A stretch of DNA of 60,085 nucleotides, the filler included, from Sluysia triapertura (taxonomy: Eukaryota), in assembly GCA_046118255.1 (NCBI GenBank). It is 4 parts of 4 records of this genome, joined end to end, with 100 filler letters (N's around TTAATTAATTAA, not from the genome) between each part and the next. Parts side by side here need not be neighbours in the genome. Positions count along the whole stretch, not along the records: positions 46,769 to 60,085 come from JBJNIA010047124.1; 3 more parts are not named here. One strand, given 5' to 3'. The first letter of the stretch is position 1, and every line of letters begins with the position of its first letter. A program made the position numbers and the translations under genes. The notes below the pieces were generated by a model. That model was not told the origin of the DNA. It saw only the letters and a list, made by a program, of their open reading frames with translations, and made no database searches. This document shows, piece after piece, positions 49,420 to 60,085 of this stretch.

Positions 49420-52052
49420 TTAATATAGCACTATTATTAGAAAATTTAGCTAATACATATTAAAATACTTATGATTTAAACAAACACGAATGTCTATTGT
49501 TAATGTGGCTTAATTGTTATTATTAACCAAGTAAAGATATATACCAATTGTAAAAAACCGCATGAACTTATGCATCAACCAAAATGCAAGGTATTGAAAG
49601 CAAAAATAACATATTTTAATAAATATAATACATTAAAGTTTTCTAAAAACAAAATAATCACAATATCACATATTGAATGTAAAAGTATGAAAGATAAAAT
49701 AAATAAAGCTAAAATCTAGAAGTGAAAATTTTCAGTTATCGTTGTTAAGAAAATTTATATTTACAATATGAATATTGAACTGATTAAAATCTAAATAAAA
49801 ACTTTCGGTAAAACTATCTATTCAGATGAAAAATTATATATTATAATGTTTCCTCTTTGAATGAGCCACATAAATATTTCCTGTTATTCATTTGTGTAGT
49901 AAGTTTTCCTAAGATTTAATAATAAATATTAAAGGATATTTATCCGTGCTATTCAAAACTAGCATTACTAAAATTTTAAATATTTTTGTCAACCGTTATG
50001 TGTTGTGGTTTTTCCAAACTTTTAACATACGGCAAAATATTTTTGAGCCGGGTCCGGTTACAACAAACCACTTACAATGTTTAGTTGGCGTTTCTGTATT
50101 ATCAGTTATCATCTTGTTATTATCAGTAAAGACTTTATCCTTAATGTTGAAACTAAAGTTATCGTAACTAACAATGCTAAGACTATAAATTCAAAAAACT
50201 TTATTAAAAATCTAATAAGTACAAAATTATTGACTTATAAAATAAAGGAAAATAAAAGGTTCGAATGTTATAATTAAAGCTATAATAAGATATATTACCT
50301 GGATTTTATCTCTCAATATATCGGGAAACTAAAATTTTACTCTTAAAATAGATTTTATGTTGATTTTATAATATTGTTTTCTTAATTAAAATTACCTTGA
50401 AAAATAACTTATGTTTACATGGAAATCTGGTTCTGATAAGCTAAATGAGTATCCAAATTTTGCATTATTTTTTCCAAAATGACTGAGAAGGGTGATGTAA
50501 CGAACAAAGTCTGGAAAATTTTAAACTGATACTAGTTTATATACTAGTCATCAGCCAATATGAATCGATTCTATTCTATTCTTTTTTAGAAGTTAATTTT
50601 TCGAAAAATAATTTTGGAAAATAAACTTTCTTTTTTGGAAAACAAATATTTTTTAAGTGATTTTAAAGGCTTTAAAATATTTCTAATGCATTTTAGTTGA
50701 TTTTAGAGGGTTTTGATGACAACTTAAGAATTGTTTTCATATTTCAAAACAAAAATAAATGAAATGTTGGGAAAATTTTGCTAAAGCAGATCTTGTTTTT
50801 AGTTATGTATGACAATATGCCTTTTTATTATACAATCTAAAACACATCATAAGAAACTGTCATATGTCTTTTTACCTACTATTATTTACATAACAATCCC
50901 ACACGAGAAAATAGATTATATTTTGAGCCAGATGTGTACAACAGAGTATTATACAAAGTACTATACTATACTAAATACTTTAGAATAATAAACATAACAT
51001 TATTTCTGTATTATTTTTGAAATAAATCAATAAATCAAAGTATTGTGCAATTAAAAAATAATCCATTGAAAATAGCTATTACAAACAAAATTCAATATTA
51101 ATATATAAAGAAGTACAAAACAAAAGTCAATTTTTCTTAATTTTTCTAAATGAGGATTGTAAATACAAAATAATTCTAATGTTTTCAAATTAAATGTCGC
51201 GTAGCACGTTTAAGTGTTGTCAATATAAAGTAATGGTGAACATTTTGTTTGATATAAAGTTTATTATAAAAATAAATTCTGAAATTCAATGTGTTATTAG
51301 CTTGCAAAATGTTTCTTTTTTGGCACAATCGAGTTCACATTTATATAACCAAGATTATTGACTGCATTCAGTATGCTAAAAAATTAATATTTGTCGTTAT
51401 ATGTAAGCCAAGTTGTAAAATTCTTCATTCGGTTAAATATAACAATTCAATTCATTTCAATTACATTATTTTCGTTTACTGCAAAACGGGCTAACCCATT
51501 CTCTGATGATCATGGATACTATGAGTTTTTCCAAAATGGTTTTACGATTTCATTAAGTGTTTTCTTACAATGTCGCTATATTTTTATTCACATTCATTCA
51601 GAATGCTTGTAACAATCCAGTTTAATAATAAATTTTAACAGAAAATACATACAAACACATATTATTAGTAAAAAAATTAAAATCAAAACAATACATTGGA
51701 AGTTTTCATTTAATCTTATATTTCTAAGTTAGGTTTTAAAATATACCTTTTTGCCATACCGGATTAAATTTCCGCTATTATGTATAATCATCGTTATAAT
51801 TAAGAATTTAAAAAACATGACTAAATTTTAAAAAATAACTGAGAATTCTAATTCATATTAAATGTATATTTGATACGGCTCATAAAATAATAAAGTTTTA
51901 CGTATAAAAGCTAATTAAGCATATAATTCTAATATAAATATGCATAACAAATAAAATGATACTTAATGATGTAAATAGAATTTTACGAATAATAACTTTT
52001 AATTAAATTTTAAATAAAATGATAAAATTTTTAAAACTAATTAAAATGTAAC

Positions 52053-52103
52053 CTTCGCCATCATCAGACTGCTTTGTTTGTTTATTTCTACTCGATGAAC
52101 TTT
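52053..52103 (-). CDS. RNF19: RNF19 putative 51-nt linker exon
   Basis: (K)SSSSRNKQTKQSDDGE(G); atttag acceptor and gttaca donor, phase 1/1, compatible with both flanking exons. Confidence 0.65.
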
Positions 52104-52299
52104 CTAAATAATAATATAATAATAATTATTATTATCACTATCATTATATCGATGCTATCCCAAAAAATGCAGGTTTTATTACAAAAAATGTGGAAAACGA
52201 TTTAACAATAATCAAAAATCAAGATAAGTCATTAGAGTTATATTTTAATGCAAAAATTAGTTATTTTCATGTTCTTTTATTTTTCGTAGAAAATTCATA

Positions 52300-53558
52300 A
52301 TATAGGCTTTGGCCTTGTTTAGGTTTCGGACATTCTCTGGTATTTTGTTGAGCCGTGAAAACACGTACCGTAGCTTTTATGATTTATTCATCATTTAAAC
52401 GCTCCACGAATGCTTCGCTGTCTTCGTCTTCATTACTATTATATCGTCACCGATGGTCTCCGAAATTACATTCTTTATTCTCATGTTTTCCATTATCATT
52501 AATTGCGACTTGCAGAGCTTTTGAGAAGCAGTTTCGCATTACAGATTGAGTAATTTCATCCTAAGCCATTTATGAACATGATATTGCATCTATTATTATT
52601 ATTTGCATGTTTATTATTTTTATCACTGCATCTATTGGACCTACAAGATTTTTATCGCAAATAATTATACTCATCATAGAATTATTAAAATGATTTTTGA
52701 ATGCTTGGATTATACAATGATTGTATGATTTTATCAGTGTTTTTTGGAAAAAATGTCGATCTTTGAATCTTCAACAAAAGAAAAATGACAAGTTGCATTA
52801 TCCATTAGCAGAGCTATTTTTCTATTTTCCCTCATTTCTTCAAATAACTGAAATAACCAAATACTTTTCTCATCCAAGCTTTGCATGAAGCACCATATTC
52901 GATCCGATGGCTTTCAGATCCACTCATCTTAATACTCAGATGACGTCGACCGTCCCATTATATTTTTCGCCATATTCCTCAATTAATTTATAAACTGTTG
53001 ATCGAAAATTTTCTGCTGTTGATTCGGATTCGTCTGGAAGAGTTTTGAATTTTATGTCAAATTGCTTTTTGAATCTGTGAAACTAACCATTTGAAGCGAT
53101 TTTACGTACAATAAACTTCAAAGTTGGCCAACTGATTGGAAAACCTTTGAATTTGAGATGATGCATTGTGTTGTTTAATGTGGAGCAGATTTCCTTCCAT
53201 TTAAATTTCAGACAGTATAGACTTCCTTACATATTCTAATCTTTTGATTATAAATTAACTGCCTTACTATATTCGTTAACCTTTCTAAAAATTTGTAAAA
53301 TAAAATGAAAAATTGGGAATAATAAACTTTTATCAGGTTGAAAATGTTTGTTCTCTATATTTTTCGAATTTTTTTAAATTAGTTTATTAGAACAAAATTT
53401 AGAATCTAGGAAAAATCTTTATTAATTTTTTTAATTGCTAATAATTTTTTCCTAAATGGGGAGTTTATTCATTCCAACTTTCCACTTTCATTGGGATTCC
53501 CATTAAGATATGGAAAAATTACCCAAAGAGAGCTTTTCTCCAAATGGGAGTCGTACTG
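52300..53558 (-). mobile_element. Decayed pogo/Tigger transposon within an RNF19 intron
   Basis: Terminus CAGTACGACTCCCATTTGG next to TA at 53559-53560. CENP-B HTH GFPISWPTLK..IASNG*FHRFKKQFDIK. Left end approximate. Confidence 0.75.
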
Positions 53559-55125
53559 TATATTTATTTGCAATTACTACGTGCAAGCCCCAAATTTTAA
53601 TTAAAAAATATAATTAAATTGAGAAAAATGGCGTGATAAATGGTCAAATCCATGTTAAACAAAAAATATGTATAAGGTGGTGCACTCAGTTTTAAATTAG
53701 AAATTACAAAAGGAGCTAAGAAGCTTGAAAAAGAGGATAAATTATTTCCTACATTAATTATTTGCAACTTCAAAGAATTTCGTTTAAAAGATAATTTCAA
53801 ATACAATTTGATATCACTATGATTGATATAACTTTCAAAAAGTATAAATATTGAAATTCAATTTGATTTTAATTTTAGATGAAAAGCATAAAAATTAATA
53901 AGGTAACAAATTTTGACCTACCAAACAAATGCAAATTAACATTTAAATTTACAATAAATACGATTTTAACATTTATTTTCAATCAAATAATTTAATTATT
54001 AATTTTCTAATTAAATATGTCATCTTGTATTATAGTGCTTCTTAAATTTCTTCTTATCGTGACTCCGTCTTGGTTAAACTGCGATAAACTACAATTTTAG
54101 AATTCAACCTAACTATATCATAATATTTTTATGGAGATTAATTTAAAAAATTGTTCTCTCTAAATTGAAATAAGTACTGTTTTCTAAATTTGAACAAAGT
54201 TTATTGATTTTACTTTATTTCATTCATTGATGCACAAAAAATTTCTCTGGAATTATTTTTATTAAATGTAACCACTTGCCTAAGATGAGCATTTTTTATT
54301 GGCTTCTTCAGTAGTCATGTTTTACTGTATTTTTAGCTTAAAAAGAAATTATATACTATTAATCTTTGTTTTACTTTTGAAAATGTAAAAATAATCAATA
54401 TAACAATATTTTTATCTAACGAATAGACAAATAATATTAACACATCGAAGATTGTAACTGATGAAAAGCATTTAGCCTGAATTCCCACATATTTTATTGA
54501 AATTATATAAAAAGTGATAAACTATATAATGCACAAACCTTCTTCACATGTTTGTTTATAACAATTCTTTGTAATGTTTTACTCATAATTGCAGTGTTTT
54601 TACTATGATGCTTGAAATTCCAATAACGTGAATTCACGTCATGTGTTAAAATAAAAAAACTTAACGAAAAATATTTTTTGATAAATTCTTCCAAAATCAT
54701 AATAAAAGCATCTAAAATATCCTAAGAATAATATAATTATAAATTCAATAAATTTTAAATTACATTTTATAATTTAATAAAAAATAATTTTATTTAAAAT
54801 ATTGTTATAAAAATTTATTAAATAAATAAATGTAGTACAGCATCAATTTTCCTATTTAATTTTTAACTTTTCTATTTAATCTTTAAAATACCTATAAATT
54901 TTTGAGATACAAAAAATTGGATATAACCAATAAAAATAGAAACTAATTTTTTTCTTATTTCATTTATAAAATTGAGGCAAATATTAATAAATTCAAAATA
55001 ATCGATGAAAATGTTACTCGTAACTGTTACAAAAATTGAACTTCAATATAAAGCATAAACATAAACAAATTGTATCCACAAACATTTTATTATAAGATTA
55101 AAGTATAGTTATTTCATTTTATAAT

Positions 55126-55127
<2 letters not shown>

Positions 55128-55190
<63 letters not shown>
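55128..55190. repeat. (AAT)13(ATT)8 head-to-head microsatellite
   Basis: Directly visible perfect inverted repeat. Confidence 0.95.
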
Positions 55191-55429
55191 TGGAATTTTT
55201 CAAGCTAACATATTTATATACAAAAAAATTGCAATTAAAAATATAATTTAATAATGTGCAGTGATTTTTAAATAATCAGATATTGATTACTCATTAATAA
55301 AAGTAAAAAGAATATACAATATTTATTGTTTAATCCTTAAAAATATTCTTTAAAATCAAGCTTAACTAAAACACAAATTAATCAGCAATCCCTAAATATC
55401 GGTTATAGAGTATAGAGTATAATTTTTCC

Positions 55430-55577
55430 CATTTGGGAACCAATAAATTTTCAATAAAAATTATTTAATGAAAGTTTTTATTTTATTTTTATTTTTAATA
55501 TAAACAAAAAAACAAAAAAAATTTGGTACTTAATTTTTATTGAAAGTTTATTTGTTCCAAATGATACTGAATGGGTT
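55430..55577. mobile_element. Short foldback/MITE-like inverted repeat
   Basis: catttgggaaccaataaattttcaataaaaatta (55430-55463) vs taatttttattgaaagtttatttgttccaaatg (55531-55563). The right end aatgggtta is piggyBac-like. Confidence 0.6.
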
Positions 55578-56770
55578 AGGTTTATATACATGTTGTGTCC
55601 AATAAATTCTTGTGTTAGAATAGAAAATAAAAAGGTAAGTCAGGAACATTTTTTGAGAAATCACATATCTATATAGTATATTTTCAATATAATTAAAATC
55701 ACATTCGACAACTTTTCGTTAGCAGCGACTAGGTCCAAAGATCGAGTTTGAAGAAAGATTTTATGTAACCTTCAAAAATATTTGACACAGTCTCGATCAT
55801 AAAATTGAAAGGTTGATTTTTAACAAGTCATTTTTCAATGTCGGGAAATATGAAAATCCGATGGCAAATAATGAATTCATGAAAATTTTAAAACAAATCC
55901 TGAGTTTTGAATCTTCCCAGTTGTCACTGTTGCAATGTACATAAGCATTGTCTTAGAACAGAACTAATTGTCTATTATTTGGTTCTTTTCAAGGACTTAG
56001 TTTTTTGAACGAATTGTCAATACCGGAATACTGGATGTCAAAAACATTGACATTATCAAGTGCTTATGATGTGAATTGTGTGATCTTATTTTTAATGTTG
56101 ATGACACAGAACTTCCATTTCTTATACACTTGCCTTGTTTCAGTTAAATAGAAAGGCAAAGTAGTCATTATGTTATCTAATAAGGAGGATCAAAGTAAAT
56201 CATTTAATTTATCATGAATGTCTATTATTGAAAACAAGCATTTTATATCGAATTATATATTGTCGTATTACAAAATGAGTCATCTTATATACTTTTCTTA
56301 AATGTTGAATTGGCGTGGCATTATATCAAGCTTCCGTATTAAACGGATCCACTATTATTTGCTGTGTAATTAAAAAATCTGGCTGTATAAAGGTAAATAT
56401 CACTTGACTGTTTAAAACAAAATTAAATTTTTATGTTAAAGTACTTTGACACTAAATTAAAAGAACATACAGAATATTTTCCTACTTAAGTATTGAACAT
56501 ACTATTCATAAAATATCAAAAAATTGAATTGCAAAGACGGATTGTTTTAGATGCCGCCTAATAATCAGTTTGTCAAAAGCAGATGTAAAAATATCTTTCA
56601 CAATATTAAACCACCAGTAAATAAATAAATTAATCCAAAATCTTTTGTGTACCATTTTATTCTATACTTCTTTTCTTTCTAAAAGAACATCTCGAAAGAA
56701 AATAAAAATCAAGCACCAAATAATTTATAAATTCAGCACAACACCTAAATGAATAGAAACTCAATCTTAC

Positions 56771-57354
56771 TGAAAGAACCCAATGAAACATTATCTTCAA
56801 TTTCGGAGGAATTTATTGGTATTTTGGATGGAGAATTTTTACCTTGTGCATTTGCTATTGTTGATAAGCCATTTGGTTCCTTTCGCTTATTTCTCCTTTT
56901 GCCTCGATCACCGATATGTGCTTGATTGTACCACTGTTCGTTATCTATCACAGAAACATTTCGATTATACTTCAGTGAATCAATACCATCTACTTGATTG
57001 GAAATTTTCTGAGATTTCTGTCGATTTTTATTTCGGTTTCGTAACATAGGAAAGCATGCAAACATCCAATGTGGTCTGATTTTGTCTTGCTGTGCATCAT
57101 CTTCATTTTCAGTGATATTAGATGAAGACTTGGTTGGTGTAGACGAAGAAGATGAAGAACCATCGCAATGTTGGGTACCAGACCCAGTACCAGATCCATT
57201 ACATAAAGGCAGATATTTACAATCATGGTATGCATCTGTTGACCAGAACCTTATGCACGCTCCACCACATAATTGTCCCTTACAACCTGGTCGCAGTTGA
57301 CATTTCTTTAATTTCTTACAGTTCTTATAATCAGGTATTAAATAGAATGCAAAT
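56771..57354 (-). CDS. RNF19: RNF19-type RBR E3 ligase, exon with the second half of the IBR domain and a long linker
   Basis: FAFYLIPDYKNCKKLKKCQLRPGCKGQLCGGACIRFWSTDAYHDC parallels the RNF19 IBR (YAVIA..C..CPKL.C...GC...FCYHC...WH....C). catttag acceptor, gtaaga donor (phase 1). Same strand as, and upstream of, RING2. Confidence 0.75.
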
Positions 57355-57734
57355 CTAAATGAGAATAAAACAAGAATAAACAATATTATAACTTTTATTT
57401 CATTATTTAAACAAAATTACAAAACATTAACGTTAAAGTACTAGTTTAACATAACTAAAATATCATTTAATTTTTTCAAGATTATAATTTTCCAACAGGA
57501 TAGAACAATAAGATCTTATTTATTTACATCTTCTAAAAATAGAACAATGGGTAACGTATAATTTGTATACTGCTTAAGAAAATAAAAAATATTATCACAA
57601 AAATACTATAAAAGTATACACATTCATAAATCTATTTATTGCTGTTATTATTTTGTGCATAATGCTTTATTTACATGAAAACAGTTATAATTAATTAATT
57701 AATTAATAATAATAATAGTAATAATAATAATAAA

Positions 57735-57915
57735 ATTTTAATTTATGTAGCGCTAATATCTATTATGAATTAAGTATTCCAAAGCGCTTTAAAAATCATT
57801 CATATTTCTTAAATAAAAAACTGTCTTTCTCTTAAATATTTCATTATCTTTCATTGATTTGACATTATCTGGTAGCTGCTCGTATATTTTTGAAACACAA
57901 ATGGTCTATAATCTG
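57735..57915 (-). mobile_element. L2-like LINE 3' fragment (copy 7, most diverged)
   Basis: cttaaatatttcattatctttcattgatttgacattatctggtag matches the family; (TAT)n tail. Confidence 0.7.
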
Positions 57916-58613
57916 TAGAATTAACTCTAATGATGAACGTTATAATTAAATTACTTTATGTTAAATTAAAGTATGAAAATCTTGTTATTAAAACATTTCA
58001 CAAATTTCAGTGCTTACTTTTACTGTTTTAATAGAAGACAGATAAGTTTTAAAAGCACTTAAACAATTTTTTGTATAAATCAAAATGGCACATCGAAATA
58101 AGAAATATTTTAAGCAATTTTTTGGTTCTCTTAGTGTGCTGTATAGTGCCTAATATCGTTAGGTAATATCGTTAATAATTAAAGCTAATTATTAAAGTTT
58201 GTACTTTATGTGTTTAACCAGAAATAAGTTAGTAAAACAGCTCCGTGAGATTAATTAAAAACTATTATTCGTAAGGCAAAACCTGATACGAAATAAAAGT
58301 TATGCATCGAATTCTTTAATAAAATAAATAAATACTTATTAAAGTAAAATAAGTGATCTTGTTACGAATTAAGTAAAATAAAATTTAAAATAATGCCTTA
58401 TTCCAAATTTAAACAAGTTAATAATTAAGTAACAATTAAATATATTGTAATTACAAATATTGCTTCCAGCCTGGACTAAGTGTATAGATTGTATAAAGAA
58501 GTTATTTAGAAAATTGAATTACATTACTATTATAAATGGAATTGTATTAGTTACAATTATTATTCGAAAAATTATCTATAAATTAAATATAAATATATAT
58601 AAATATAAATATA

Positions 58614-58692
58614 CCGTATTTTCCGGATTATAAGGCGCACCTTAAAAAAATTTTTAGTTAAATTTTAGGAGCGTCAACAGTTCGGTGCGCCA
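58614..58692. mobile_element. Solo pogo/Tc2-type terminal inverted repeat
   Basis: TA + CCGTATTTTCCGGATTATAAGGCGCACC, with a ggtgcgcc subterminal motif at about 58684. Confidence 0.65.
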
Positions 58693-60085
58693 TACATATA
58701 TAATTATAATTATTATTATTAACCTGAAATTAAATATTAACATGAATTATTAATTATGAAATTAAATGCGGTTTTAAGCTCATAAATGTATAATAATTAT
58801 AGTCATCAATATTTATTGTTATAATAATTTCATATCAGTTTTTAGTTTTTCTTAATATACATTAATTTAAATATTGAAAATAATTTTAATCTTGAAATTT
58901 GTATCTAACCTTGAAATTGATTTTAAATTGAAATTTGTGAAATCTGTGTAACGTAATAAAAACTTAGCTGTAGATTTTGTTATAAAAATTATAACTTTTA
59001 TCCTCTAATAATTCTTTAAAATTTCCATAACTACATTAATTTAAAAATAACATTTCTTATCTAAAACTGTTAACTTTTAATTCTCTTTAATTTCAATTAG
59101 TTTATAAATCAATTTTATCTGGAAATCAAAGTTCTACTGGTCTCTGATGTAAGAGATAAAAATGCTTAATTTGAAATTTTAATTTCTGAATTTAAATTTT
59201 TTCTTTAGTCTCCAAAAATAAAAACCTAACTTCTTATTAGCTAAAATCTATTTACAAATGAAATATAATATTAACTGAAATAAAATTTTATACAATATAA
59301 TAAGAACTACTCCTGATTAACAAAGTTGTTCGAAATTTAATTTTAGTAGAATATAGACTATGCAACATTTATTTTAGCTCTTAGGATATTATACAAAGAA
59401 TTATTACCAATATTTTGCTATATCAGTTTAGTTCAAAATCCTTATAGGCAAAATTAAATGAATCTGGTATGTCTAGTAGTACAGTTCCGTCCACAAGTAC
59501 GTGTTTCCATTGTACCAAATCATCGAATAAAATTTTCGCTGACTACATCAGTTTGTTTCAAAATATTAGATAATATTAGATAAAATATAGTTAAAATAAA
59601 AGAAATTGCTTTCAATTTTATTCATTTTAAATCAATTATAAAATATTGTTTATCTCAAAAGATATAACTTAGGCAAATTATTATTTTTTGTTTACATAAT
59701 TGTAAATCATATTGAACACATTTCCGAAAAAAATGGATTCGAATTAACCTAAATTTTAGTTCAAAGCTTTTAATGTTATCGAAATAATGAAATGTTTCTT
59801 TACAAAATGACAATACCTTATAACATTAAAATTATAACGTTTTAATTAATACAATTAAATATTTTATAATTAATTTTATCAATTTTTATTTGATTCATGT
59901 TAATTGTTGCACATATTTTTAATTTTTGTATAAAGAATTTTACTTTAAGGATTCAATATTATATAATGTTTACTAATAAATCCACATTTTTTATTTAATG
60001 AAATGCTTTATATTAAATAAAATTTATAATCAATGTGCATTTGAATTGGATAACAGCGATTTTAATTAATAATTAACGTTTTATT

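Noticed and set aside
44859-57354. OGT and RNF19 as a functional gene cluster
   Set aside because: They lie on different contigs separated by an artificial spacer.

Overview
AT-rich animal (invertebrate-type) nuclear DNA, not prokaryotic. It is made of four contigs (1-18350, 18451-30434, 30535-46668, 46769-60085) joined by identical artificial 100-nt spacers (N44-TTAATTAATTAA-N44), so adjacency across the gaps is unproven. Recognisable host genes are all partial and spliced: a phospholipid scramblase (3 exons, +, one intron apparently GC-AG), the 5' end of O-GlcNAc transferase (-, with a probable 31-nt first intron), four exons of an RNF19-type RBR E3 ligase (-) and two orphan exons. Decayed host-gene copies include an apparently intronless, disabled HUS1 (9-1-1 checkpoint clamp) and a two-CCCH zinc-finger pseudogene. 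The rest is mostly a transposon graveyard: Tc1/mariner, pogo/Tigger, several hAT lineages, piggyBac-type and Tigger-type MITEs, seven 3' fragments of one L2-like LINE, and Gypsy-like remnants. I found no convincing intact novel biological system. The most unusual signals are the HUS1 pseudogene, an A-to-G hypermutated patch in one LINE copy, a hairpin-motif array shared by two contigs, a decayed unknown ORF behind paired inverted repeats, and micro-introns occurring alongside multi-kb introns. All homology calls come from motif recognition by eye; no database searches were run.
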